NCBI GenBank assembly: GCA_963555995.3
Contig: OY821641.1
Coordinates: forward strand, 3,168,001-3,232,000
DNA from: Vicinamibacteria bacterium
Lineage (GTDB): Bacteria > Acidobacteriota > Vicinamibacteria > Marinacidobacterales > Marinacidobacteraceae
DNA: 64,000 bases
Reading direction: 5' to 3'
The notes beneath the pieces were generated by a model. The model was not told where the DNA came from and made no database searches. It saw nothing but the letters and a program-made list of their open reading frames with translations. Of this stretch, positions 18,328 through 27,606 are shown piece after piece. Within the stretch, counting starts at the first letter, position 1. The number at the start of each line of letters is the position of its first letter. Made by a program: the position numbers and the translations under genes.

Positions 18328-21062
18328 GCGGCCTCACCCTCGACGGCGCGTCCGAGGTCGAGCCGCACGAGTTCCACGAGGTCATCGTCGCTCATTTCGG
18401 TGAGGGCCGCCTCCGTCCCGGTGGAGAGCACCTCGGCGGAGAGCTGGCGCTTGTCCTGGATCATCGCGTCAATCCGTTCTTCGAGGGTGCCCCGGCAGAC
18501 GAATTTGTGGACGAGGACGTTGCGGTGCTGGCCGATACGGAACGCCCGGTCGGTCGCCTGGTCCTCCACCGCCGGATTCCACCAGCGGTCGAAGTGGATC
18601 ACATGGGAGGCCGCCGTCAGGTTCAGGCCGACGCCGCCGGCCTTCAGCGAGAGCGCGAGGAACGGCGTCCGCTCGTCCTCCTGGAAACGCCGGACGATCC
18701 CGGGGCGTTTCTTCACCGGGGTTCCGCCGTGGAGGACCAGGCCCCGCCGGCCGAACACGCGGTCGAGGAAGGCGGCGAGCGGCGCGAGCAGGGAGCGGAA
18801 CTGGGTGAAGACGAGCGCCTTGTCCTGCCGCCCGGCAACCGATTCGCAGATCTCCCCGAGCCGCGAGAACTTGCCGCTTTCCGCCGGATCGAAGCCGCCG
18901 TCGCCGAGCCAATGCGAGGGGTGGTTGCAGATCTGCTTGAAGCGGGTCAGAAACGCGAGGACCACGCCCCGGCGCTTGATGCCCTCTTCCGCCTTCAGGG
19001 CAGCCTCCATCTCGGCGACGGCCCGCTCGTAAAGCGCCGCCTGCTTCCGGCTGAGGCCGCAGTAGGCGGTGACCTCCGTCTTGTCCGGCAGGTCCGCGAT
19101 GATGCTGCGGTCGGTCTTGAGCCTCCGGAGGACGTAGGGCCGGAGCAGCCGGCGGAGCGGCGCGTAGCCCGCTTTCCGGTCCCGCGCCATGGACCGGGCG
19201 GCGCGCTGGAACTCCTTCGCGTTCCCGAGGAGACCCGGGTTCAGGAAGTCGAAGAGCGACCAGAGATCCCCCAGGCGGTTCTCCACCGGGGTCCCGGTGA
19301 GCGCCAGCCTCCAGCCGGCCGGGATCGCCTTGACCGCGCGCGTCTGTTTGGCGGCCGGGTTCTTCACCGCCTGCGCCTCGTCCAGCACCACGCTGCGCCA
19401 GCGCCGCTTCCGCATCCACGGGGTGCGCAACACGGCGCCGTAGGTCGTCACCACCAGATCGGCGGCGGCGAGTTCGGCCTCCGGCAGCTTTCTGAGGCGC
19501 GCCGCCGGAATCCGGGACGGATGGGCGATCAGCAGACGCAGCCCGGGCGCGAAGCGCGCCGCTTCCCGCCGCCAGTTCTCGAGCAGCGAGGCCGGCGCGA
19601 CGAGCAGGTCCGGGCCCGGCTCGCCGTCCCGCGCGGCGACGCAGAAGACGGCGAGCGCCTGGATCGTCTTCCCGAGCCCCATGTCGTCGGCGAGGCAGCC
19701 GCCGAGCCGGAGACCCCGCAGGGCGAGCAGCCAGGCCACCCCGCGCTCCTGGTAGGGACGGAGGACCGCCCGCAGCCCGGCGGTCGTAAGCGCTTCGGCC
19801 GGCGGCGGGGCGTTCCGGAGCGCCCGGAGCTGCTCCCCGAGCCAGGGACCGGCGACCACGTCCGACCAGTCGGGGGTGGCGGCGCCCTCCACTTCGTCGG
19901 ACTCGTCCCGGAGGTTGACGCCGGCGAGCAGCCGCATCGCCTCCCCGAGCGGGATGCCGAGCGCCTCGGCGTGCTTTTGCGCCTCCTCCCACCGGCCGAG
20001 GACCTCGCGCAGCTTCTCCGCGTCCACCTCGACCCACTTGCCCCGGACGAGCGCGAGCCCTTCCGAAGCCCCCAGGAGTTCCCGGCGCTCGGCGTCGCTG
20101 AGCGCTTCGCCGTCGAGGGTGAGCGCGAGGTCGAAGTCGAGGAGGGCGTCCGCCCCGAGCCGCGACGGCTCGCGCGAGCCCACGGTCACCGAGACCCGCG
20201 GCCGGGGCGGCGCCTTCGGGTTCCACCAGTCGGGAGTCCGGGTCACGAGCCCGGCGCGCTCATAGACGGGGGTCTCGCGGAGGAAGCGATGGGCGTCCGC
20301 CGCGCTCCACGGGAGCGGCCGGTAGATACGCCCCGAAGCCAGCAGCTCGCGCAGGAACCCGCTTTCCTCCGCGGCGCGGTGCAGCGGGGCGAGCAGCGCG
20401 AGCAGCTTCCGGCGGTTCCGCTGGCCCGCGTACTCGCGGAGCGCCCGATGGAGCGGCAGATGGGAGGGTTCGGCGCGCCCGGTCACCCGGTGCACGTAGG
20501 TCGCCATGAAGGCGAAGGGGTGGCGCGGGTCGCGCCGGTTCTCGGCGAGATGGAGGCAGACGCGCCCGACCACGTTCCACAGGCGGTTCTCCTGCCGCAG
20601 CCAGCCCGGGAGCCCGCCGGGCGCCGATCCCGCGCGCTCGGCGAGCACGGTCCCGAGATCGCGCCAGAGGTCGTCGAGGACCTCGGCGGTGATGAGTTCC
20701 GCGCCGCGCATCGGGGGAACCGATTCGGCGTGCGCGGCGAGCGCTTCCGGATCGGGCTCGGGTTGGATGAAGGTCTCGGGCGCCAGCGGGTCGAGCGCCG
20801 CGCAGGCGGCGGCCACGAACGTCCGCCCGAGGTCGCGCCAGAACTCGAGCGACGGGTGGAGGTCCGTCCCGGGTTCCGCCACCCCGAGGTGCAGCACCCC
20901 GGCCGCCGGCCCGGCGGCGAAGGCGTCCAGGATGCGCCGCTCCGCCGCCGCGGGGAGTTCCGGCCCCGGTTCGCCGGCAGCGACGACGAGGATCCGGCCT
21001 CCCGGCGTCCGTTCCGCGACGAGCGCCCGCGGCTCCGAATCCGCGCCCGGCGCCGTTTCCAT
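18324..21062 (-). CDS. SNF2-family helicase/ATPase
   Basis: LADDMGLGKT, LDEAQ, LTGTPVEN, SLKAGGVGLNLT, QATDRAFRIGQ. Confidence 0.95.
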   Translation of the reverse strand: METAPGADSEPRALVAERTPGGRILVVAAGEPGPELPAAAERRILDAFAAGPAAGVLHLGVAEPGTDLHPSLEFWRDLGRTFVAAACAALDPLAPETFIQPEPDPEALAAHAESVPPMRGAELITAEVLDDLWRDLGTVLAERAGSAPGGLPGWLRQENRLWNVVGRVCLHLAENRRDPRHPFAFMATYVHRVTGRAEPSHLPLHRALREYAGQRNRRKLLALLAPLHRAAEESGFLRELLASGRIYRPLPWSAADAHRFLRETPVYERAGLVTRTPDWWNPKAPPRPRVSVTVGSREPSRLGADALLDFDLALTLDGEALSDAERRELLGASEGLALVRGKWVEVDAEKLREVLGRWEEAQKHAEALGIPLGEAMRLLAGVNLRDESDEVEGAATPDWSDVVAGPWLGEQLRALRNAPPPAEALTTAGLRAVLRPYQERGVAWLLALRGLRLGGCLADDMGLGKTIQALAVFCVAARDGEPGPDLLVAPASLLENWRREAARFAPGLRLLIAHPSRIPAARLRKLPEAELAAADLVVTTYGAVLRTPWMRKRRWRSVVLDEAQAVKNPAAKQTRAVKAIPAGWRLALTGTPVENRLGDLWSLFDFLNPGLLGNAKEFQRAARSMARDRKAGYAPLRRLLRPYVLRRLKTDRSIIADLPDKTEVTAYCGLSRKQAALYERAVAEMEAALKAEEGIKRRGVVLAFLTRFKQICNHPSHWLGDGGFDPAESGKFSRLGEICESVAGRQDKALVFTQFRSLLAPLAAFLDRVFGRRGLVLHGGTPVKKRPGIVRRFQEDERTPFLALSLKAGGVGLNLTAASHVIHFDRWWNPAVEDQATDRAFRIGQHRNVLVHKFVCRGTLEERIDAMIQDKRQLSAEVLSTGTEAALTEMSDDDLVELVRLDLGRAVEGEAA

Positions 21063-21168
21063 CGGCCGGAGGGTAAGCGCATTCCCGCGGCCGGGTCCGG
21101 GCGGCCCGCGTTCGTCCGGAACGGCCCCGCCGAAAGGACCGGCCGGCGCTCCGGGCGCAGCCGCCTCG

Positions 21169-22581
21169 CTACCGGTCCCCCCCGGGTCGCGGGATCTCCA
21201 GTTCCTCCCACAACCACGCGGTGTCCAGCGGGGGCCGGCCCTGCTCGACGGCGCTCCGGGACTCGTGGTTCTCGAGCCCCTTGAGCCACTCGATCACGGC
21301 GACCCGCCCCTTCTTGGTCTTCGCCGCGCGCCGCGGCGACCGGTTGCCGAGCATGGGGATGGGCTCGTCGAGTACCCGCCGGTAGTGGTCCGCGAGGTAG
21401 TTCCGGACGGCCTCCACGACTTCCGGAGGCGGCGCCGCTTCCTCGGCCTCCGCCGGCGGCTTCTCCCAAGCCTTCCGCAGCGATTCGGCGGGGTCTTCGT
21501 GCGAGGTCAGCGGGGTTCCCAGCAGGGGACCGAGACGGGAGGCCAGCAGGTCGCGCCCGCGTTCGGCGCGCTCGACGGAGTTGACCCGCAGGAGCAGCGC
21601 TCCGTCCGCGATCTCGACCTCTCCCAGGCTCAGCGTGCTGAGCGCCGCGTCCGGATCCGCGCGACCGGCTCTCTCCCCCCGCGCCGGGGGCGGCGAGAGG
21701 CTGCTCATCCAGGTCCACCCGCACCCGCCGTCGCTGGACCGATCGAGGTCCTCGAGCCCGTCCAGCGCGGCGACGACCTCCGCCTCGCTCCCCGCGATGG
21801 GGAAGCGCACGATGGAGAGCACCAGCATCTCGCCGTCCGTGTTGCGCATTTCGGGCAACGGCGCGGCCAGCCGGTCCAGGGTCCAGCTCACGAAGCAGAC
21901 CGTGAAGAAGGGCGACGCCTGGGGGCTTTCGAGCAGGAATGCTCGCAAGTGGTCGTCGGTGACTTCCTCGCTCCGCCCCTCCTTTTTCGCCGCCGCCCGG
22001 AACCGCTTGCGCAGGTCCTTCGCCAGCAACCCGAACTTGCGGGCGCAGTCCTCAGCCAGTTCGCGCGGAAAGTGCAGCACGGCGGCCGTGAAACACCGGC
22101 TGTGGCCCACCCGGACGATCCGCGCGACCAGGCAATCCCATGGCGCCAGGCTCTCGGAGCCGAGCTGCTCGTCCACCCGCACCGGATCGCCTCCCCGGAG
22201 CAGGTCGCGGACCGTCAGCGACCGGCCGGGGTCGAGCCCCTGCACTTCGTAGAGCGAGGGCGCCGCGTCCCGCAGCCCGCGGAGGTACTGCGTCGCGGGC
22301 CGCTTTTCGAGCCAGCCGCGGCGCTTGAGGTACTCGTCCACGACGTTCTCGTCTTCGTCATCGCCGAACCACGCGGCGAGGAAGTCCTCAATGATGAACT
22401 GGAGGATCGTCTCGCCGTGGTTCCCGAGGCCCTCGAACAGCTCCTCCGCGGACATGTCGAGGTCTTCCAGCAACATTCCGAAGTGGGCGTCGAACACGAG
22501 TCGCCGCCGCGACTCCCATTCGTCCGAGTCCGCCCAGCGAAGGAGGTTGTCAACGGCGCGCGCGCCGCCGGGAACTTTCAT
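21169..22581 (-). CDS. Conserved hypothetical protein with MbcA/DUF2384-like C-terminus
   Basis: 470-aa ORF; SLYEV...PG.SL.VRDLL and C-terminal LDEPIPMLGNRSPRRAA. Confidence 0.7.
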   Translation of the reverse strand: MKVPGGARAVDNLLRWADSDEWESRRRLVFDAHFGMLLEDLDMSAEELFEGLGNHGETILQFIIEDFLAAWFGDDEDENVVDEYLKRRGWLEKRPATQYLRGLRDAAPSLYEVQGLDPGRSLTVRDLLRGGDPVRVDEQLGSESLAPWDCLVARIVRVGHSRCFTAAVLHFPRELAEDCARKFGLLAKDLRKRFRAAAKKEGRSEEVTDDHLRAFLLESPQASPFFTVCFVSWTLDRLAAPLPEMRNTDGEMLVLSIVRFPIAGSEAEVVAALDGLEDLDRSSDGGCGWTWMSSLSPPPARGERAGRADPDAALSTLSLGEVEIADGALLLRVNSVERAERGRDLLASRLGPLLGTPLTSHEDPAESLRKAWEKPPAEAEEAAPPPEVVEAVRNYLADHYRRVLDEPIPMLGNRSPRRAAKTKKGRVAVIEWLKGLENHESRSAVEQGRPPLDTAWLWEELEIPRPGGDR

Positions 22582-22780
22582 GCGGTATCGCCTCGGGCAG
22601 GAATCAACGGACGCTTCAGGGACTCACCCGGGCTACGCCGGAAGGACGGCCAGCGTACCGCAGGCCGGGGGTCCGGTCGCCGGACTCCCGGTGCGCTCCT
22701 CCGCTGCCGCGACCTCGTCCGGCGTCTCGCCGCCCCGAGACCGCCGCCCGGCGACGCGTCCTCCGCGACAACGGCGCCCC

Positions 22781-22945
22781 TCGTGGATCACCCGTGAGAC
22801 ACAACGCCGTTTGTGGATCACTCTCCGCCGAACGTGAGACGCAAGGCCCGTTGTGGATCACCGGTGAGACACAAAACCCTTTGTGGATCACTTTTCGCCG
22901 AACGTGAGACGCAAGGCTCGTTGTGGATCACCGGTGAGACGCAAG
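22781..22945. repeat. Alternating 30/40-bp repeat array A
   Basis: GTGGATCAC at 22783, 22813, 22853, 22883 and 22923, each followed by GTGAGAC(A/G)CAA. Confidence 0.9.
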
Positions 22946-23003
22946 GCGGGTTGGTGATCGCTGGGCAGATCCGCGACCGGCAACCCCCGGCGGCGGCTGC
23001 CGG

Positions 23004-24125
23004 TCACCGGTAGCTGGACGGGCTCTCTGCGATCTCGATCAGCTCTCCGAACGCCAGGATCGCGGGGTGGCGACCCCGGCTCGGCGCCAGTTCCCGCAGC
23101 ATCCCGCGATCCCTGAGAACCCGAAGGATGCGCAGGGCCGTGGGTCTCGGGACTCCCGACCTCGCAGCAAGATCCGAGGTCCAAAAAACCGGCTGATCGA
23201 ACATGAAGTCCAGGGACCGCACCGCGTGCTGCGAGCGGGTCGTCTTCGCCACCCAGTCCTTCCTGGCGGCGTAGAGCGCGAGAATCCGTCTCGCTTTCTC
23301 GGTATTGGCGACCGCCTGCTTCTCGAGGGCGGTGAGGAAGAATCGAAGCCACGGGGCCCAATCCCCTCCGCTCTGGGCAGCCAGCAGATTCCGGTAGTAG
23401 TCCTCGCGAAACCGTTCCAGGTACTCGCTCAGGTAGAAGTTCGGCCGTTGCAGCAGGCCCTTCGCCATCAGAAAGAGCGGCACCATCAGGCGCCCCAGCC
23501 GGCCGTTCCCGTCGAGGAACGGATGAATCGCCTCGAACCACACGTGGGCGACCCCGAGCTGGACCAGCGCATCGGGCGTTTCCTCGTGGAGATAGCGCTC
23601 CCAGGCCTCCATGGCGTCAGGGATCTCGGGAACGGGACAGGTGACGAGGGTCGCGGTCTCCTCCTTCGAGCCCGGCGGCCCGATCCAGTTCTGGATGCGG
23701 CGATAGTCACCGGGATCGGCCGTCTGACCCCCAGTTCCCTTCATCAGGACCTCGTGGGCCCGACGGATCACCCGCTGGGAGAGCGGAAGGCTCGCCATCA
23801 ACTCGGTCGCCACCGTGAGTGCGACGCGGTAATTGAGAACTTCCCGAGCGTCCGCCCCGGTCTGCGGGGACTCGTCTCGACCATCACCGTTCGCGCCGAG
23901 CGCCAGGACCTCGCTCAGCGAGGACTGGGTCCCTTCGATGCGGCTGGAGAGCACGGCCTCCTGAACCGACAGCGGCGAGAGCAGGACATCCGGATTCGGG
24001 ACCCCGTGCAGGACACCCTCGTATCCGGCGATGGCGCGCTGAGCGCGGCCGATCAACGGGAGCAGCGTCGGCCAATCGAACGAACGTGGCGGGTAGAAGC
24101 CCGGACGGTAGCGGGGAGGGCTCAT
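23004..24125 (-). CDS. Fic family protein (class II) with C-terminal HTH
   Basis: HPFLDGNGRLGR, SSRIEGT, C-terminal SDLAARSGVPRPTALRILRVL. Confidence 0.92.
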   Translation of the reverse strand: MSPPRYRPGFYPPRSFDWPTLLPLIGRAQRAIAGYEGVLHGVPNPDVLLSPLSVQEAVLSSRIEGTQSSLSEVLALGANGDGRDESPQTGADAREVLNYRVALTVATELMASLPLSQRVIRRAHEVLMKGTGGQTADPGDYRRIQNWIGPPGSKEETATLVTCPVPEIPDAMEAWERYLHEETPDALVQLGVAHVWFEAIHPFLDGNGRLGRLMVPLFLMAKGLLQRPNFYLSEYLERFREDYYRNLLAAQSGGDWAPWLRFFLTALEKQAVANTEKARRILALYAARKDWVAKTTRSQHAVRSLDFMFDQPVFWTSDLAARSGVPRPTALRILRVLRDRGMLRELAPSRGRHPAILAFGELIEIAESPSSYR

Positions 24126-24169
24126 GGCGGAGTCAGCCGGGATCCGGAATCCGGGCCAAGCATTCCGTA

Positions 24170-24303
24170 TTGTGTCTCACTTTTGGCCAAAAGTGAGACG
24201 CAAGGCCCGTTGTGGATCACCGGTGAGCCACAAAGCCGCTTGTGGATCACTTTTCGCCGAAAGTGAGACGCAAGGCCCGTTGCGGTTCACCGGTGAGCCA
24301 CGA
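24170..24303. repeat. Alternating 30/40-bp repeat array B (fic promoter side)
   Basis: Same units as array A; begins with the near-perfect palindrome TTGTGTCTCACTTTTGGCCAAAAGTGAGACGCAA. Confidence 0.85.
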
Positions 24304-24388
24304 ACCGGGCCACCCGAACTCCTGCCGCTTGCCGCCCGGCCTCGGGATCTTCAGTTCCGCCCATTCCGGGCCGCCTTCTTCCGTGCCG

Positions 24389-24544
24389 CGAGAGGCCGGC
24401 GAGGCGCCCCGCTGACAAGGCGCGTGAGGGAGGAATACCGGGTGTATTCCGACCGAAACGCAACGATGAGCACCTCGTAGAGGCGCGGTTCAGGCGGGAT
24501 GCCTCGCCGCTCGACCGCCGCGAGGGTTTTGCCACCGGCTGCCA
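24389..24544. mobile_element. Degenerate MITE copy (left end missing)
   Basis: Shares ACAAGGCGCGTGAGGGAGGAATACCGGGTGTATTCCGACCGAAACGCAACG with the two full copies. Confidence 0.8.
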
Positions 24545-24729
24545 AGTCTTCGGCCTCATCCATAGAATCCTCTCCGCCCTCAAGGAGGACGCAACCCTCT
24601 GACCTCGGCAGATCCGCTCGGCAAACCCGGCCGCCGCCCGGCGGCCGAACGCGTGGCCACCGAGCAGCGCTTCGACAACGCCCGGAGCCGATCCGGCAGC
24701 CGCAACATCGCCGAGCGGATCTCGGTCTG

Positions 24730-25644
24730 ATGGCCGAATACGACCTTCCTGCCGGTCCGGCCGAACTCTTCGAGGCCGTGCGCGGCGCCCTTGGCGACTA
24801 CCTTGGCGGCCAGCACCACATGCGGCTCGGCGGCGGAACGGCGCTCGCTGCCCGATGGGCGCACCGCCACAGCACGGATGTGGACCTCTTCGTTAACAGC
24901 CTGTGGTGAAACCCACGTGAGCGCCGAGACGGGTGAGGCGCCCGGCTGACAAGGCGCGTGAGGGAGGAATACCGGGTGTATTCCGACCGAAACGCAACGC
25001 AGAGCGCCTCGGAGAGGCGCGGTTCAGCCGGGATGCATCGCCCGTCGAACGCCGCGTGGGTTTTGCCACAGGCTGTTAAACCCGCACCCTACGAGCGCCT
25101 CTTCCAGGAACGGCTGGCGTTCCGCGACCAACTCCAGCGCCATCTGGGAGCTCACGCCGTCGACATCGACTCCGGTATCGCGACAATCCACTTCCTCCAG
25201 GAGGATCGGCTCGGTGAAGTGACCCTCGCCACCAGTCCCCCGCTCACCCGGCTTCCGGCATCTTCCGATACGGTCCGAAACACCGTCGTTCACCTGGAAG
25301 CAACCGCCGAAATCCTTGCCAAGAAACTCCACTACCGCATGTTCCTGCAGGGGCGGCTCGTCCCGCGTGACCTCTACGACCTGGCAATCGCCAGCGACCG
25401 GGACCCCGGCCCGCTCCGCTCCGCGTTGAGCGTTGTCGATACTTCCGACCTCCAGGAAATCCACACGCAACTGCATTCGTTGCCCGAGCGATGGTTGGCG
25501 AATCACCGCCAGCCACTCATCAGGCCGGAGAGCCAACGCGCCGCGTCCAGCGCTGTCCGCATCACGAAAGAGATCATCGCGGACGCCCTCCGGTCCCGGG
25601 CGCCCTACCGACCGTTCCGCGCGGACACTTCCCGGGAACGCTGA
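24730..25644 (+). pseudogene. AbiEii-like nucleotidyltransferase interrupted by a MITE
   Basis: LGGGTALAARWAHRHSTDVDLF, EILAKK, PRDLYD; removing the MITE plus TA restores DLFV-KPAPY (243 aa). Confidence 0.88.
24896..25076. mobile_element. 181-bp MITE
   Basis: Terminal inverted repeats ACAGCCTGTGGTGAAACCCACG / CGTGGGTTTTGCCACAGGCTGT, flanked by TA on both sides. Confidence 0.9.
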
Positions 25645-25655
25645 GCCCGCGACCA

Positions 25656-26291
25656 ATGCTCGATGTCGCGAAGATCCGAACCTTCTACTTCCATCCCCCG
25701 AGCGATGACCCGGAGCACGAGACGACCCCCGAAGAGCTGTGGGCCGCCGCCGAACGCCAGGCGGTCGAGGGATGTCTGCTCCGGGCCGGCGACCCGAAAG
25801 CCGAGGGCCTCGGCGAACATGGTTCCCTCATCGGCGGGCCGGACAAGCCCGCCCGCTGCTTCGGCTTCAACCCCGAGAAACGCCTTCCCCGCAACCCTCT
25901 TCCCCTGAGCTGGTTCGATCACCGTCGCGCCCACGCCTTGCCACCCGACCCACCGGAAGACCCGGACCTTTTCTTTGCCGGGTTGTCCGCCGGCTGTCTC
26001 GCGGGTTACCCGAAGCGCCCCAGCGGGGCCGCGCTCGGCCGCATCTTCCGCGCGGCCGACCTGACTCCGGTCGAGCGCGACCAGCTCTGGCACGTCTTCG
26101 CCTGCATCCATACGAAGAATCTCGTTCGCCTGCTCGCGCGGGGCGGACTCTCGATCTACCAGGTCGCCCGCGCCATTCACCTCTCGGAGGCCCGCTTCGG
26201 CAACGTCGTCGCCTGGATCAACCAGTTCGCCGCGCGACCGGAACTCGACGGGCACGCGACATCCGGCGCCAGGCCGCCTGGCGACAGATAA
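25656..26291 (+). CDS. Hypothetical protein, probable partner of the AbiEii-like gene
   Basis: ATG 11 bp after the AbiEii stop; 211 aa; the stop codon lies at the MITE junction. Confidence 0.6.
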   Translation: MLDVAKIRTFYFHPPSDDPEHETTPEELWAAAERQAVEGCLLRAGDPKAEGLGEHGSLIGGPDKPARCFGFNPEKRLPRNPLPLSWFDHRRAHALPPDPPEDPDLFFAGLSAGCLAGYPKRPSGAALGRIFRAADLTPVERDQLWHVFACIHTKNLVRLLARGGLSIYQVARAIHLSEARFGNVVAWINQFAARPELDGHATSGARPPGDR

Positions 26292-26471
26292 CAGCCTGTG
26301 GTGAAACCCACGTGAGCGCCGAGAGCGGCGAGGCGCCCGGCTGACAAGGCGCGTGAGGGAGGAATACCGGGTGTATTCCGACCGAAACGCAACGCAGAGC
26401 GCCTCGGAGAGGCGCGGTTCAGGCGGGATGCATCGCCGCTCGAACGCCGCGTGGGTTTTGCCACAGGCTGT
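26291..26471. mobile_element. 181-bp MITE, second full copy
   Basis: Near-identical to 24896-25076; flanks are TA and TG. Confidence 0.88.
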
Positions 26472-26530
26472 TGAAGCCGGGCCACCCCCGGCCGGTCGGA
26501 GCCGGAGGTGCGGGATGCGTCGGGGAACCG

Positions 26531-27571
26531 TCAGCGGCGCGGCGCTTCGGCGGTGCGGGCCGGGCGATACGCCTGGTCCGGGTGCGTCGGCCGGTCCGGG
26601 TAGAGGCGCACGAGTTGGCCCGCCTCTGTCATCGGCCCCAGGTACCGGCGCGTCAGGTACTCCGCCGTCATGCCGAACCACGCCGCGAGCTGGCCCGGCT
26701 CCAGCCATCCGCGATGTTCGGTCAACTCCAGGATCAGGTGCTCGACCGTTTCCCGGCGCGCGCGCCGGCCGAGATGTTCGACCTGGTTCCGCAGGTAGAA
26801 CGGCAGGTCGTCGGGAAGCGGCGCCCGGGCGGGCGCGGCGGGGGCCGGATCAGCCGGGGCGGGCGCCGGACCGGGTTCGCCCGGCGGCGGGGCCGGCGCG
26901 GCCGCCGCTCGCGCGGCCGGCCGGGACCGGTTGGGTTCCCGGGTCGGAGACGAGGGCGGCCCCGGCGACTGTCGCGGACCCGGCGCGGAACCGGCCGCCC
27001 GTCGCCCGCGCCGCCGCGGCGGACGCGGCGTCGGGGCCGGAGCGGCGGGTTCCGGCGTCGGGGTCGCGTTATCGAAGTCGGACGCCTCGGCCATGAACCG
27101 GGCCGCCAGCTTCGTCAGTTCGGTCACCCCGGCCTCGACCTCGGCAAGGGCCGCGCCGCCCGCGATCAGCCAGCCGCCGAGACGCACCAGCCGCTCGCCC
27201 AGCGCCCCGAGCCGTCCTTCCGCCGAACTCCAGTTCCGGCCCACCGCGCCGAGCCGCGCTCCAAAGTTCTGCGCCCGCCGGCCGGCGAACGCGGCGAGCC
27301 GCGCGGCGCGCATGAGGCGCACGCTCTGCTTGCCGATCCACCGCACCGCACGCGCGAACCACTGGGCGATCCGCACCATCCAGAGCCAGATCCCCACGCC
27401 GAATTTCCAGAGCCGCGGGCGGGGCTTCACCACGAACCGCCGCAGGCGGTCGAGACCGGGCGGCTCCCCGGACTCCAGCAGTTCGCGGACGGATTCGACC
27501 TCCTCCCTGGTCCCGGTCTCGCCGCCGGGAGACTCCGAGGGCCGCGTTTCCCGCAGGTTCAGGAGGGCCAC
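26531..27571 (-). CDS. Hypothetical protein with Pro-rich linker and C-terminal winged HTH (Fic-like C-terminal type)
   Basis: ILELTEHRGWLEPGQLAAWFGMTAEYLTRRYLGPMTEAGQLVRLYPDRPTHPDQAYR. Confidence 0.72.
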   Translation of the reverse strand: MALLNLRETRPSESPGGETGTREEVESVRELLESGEPPGLDRLRRFVVKPRPRLWKFGVGIWLWMVRIAQWFARAVRWIGKQSVRLMRAARLAAFAGRRAQNFGARLGAVGRNWSSAEGRLGALGERLVRLGGWLIAGGAALAEVEAGVTELTKLAARFMAEASDFDNATPTPEPAAPAPTPRPPRRRGRRAAGSAPGPRQSPGPPSSPTREPNRSRPAARAAAAPAPPPGEPGPAPAPADPAPAAPARAPLPDDLPFYLRNQVEHLGRRARRETVEHLILELTEHRGWLEPGQLAAWFGMTAEYLTRRYLGPMTEAGQLVRLYPDRPTHPDQAYRPARTAEAPRR

Positions 27572-27606
27572 GATGACTGCGTACGGACTACCGAGCCCCG
27601 CGTCGG

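Noticed and set aside
22781-22945. CRISPR array
   Set aside because: It is a tandem 70-bp (30+40) repeat without unique spacers
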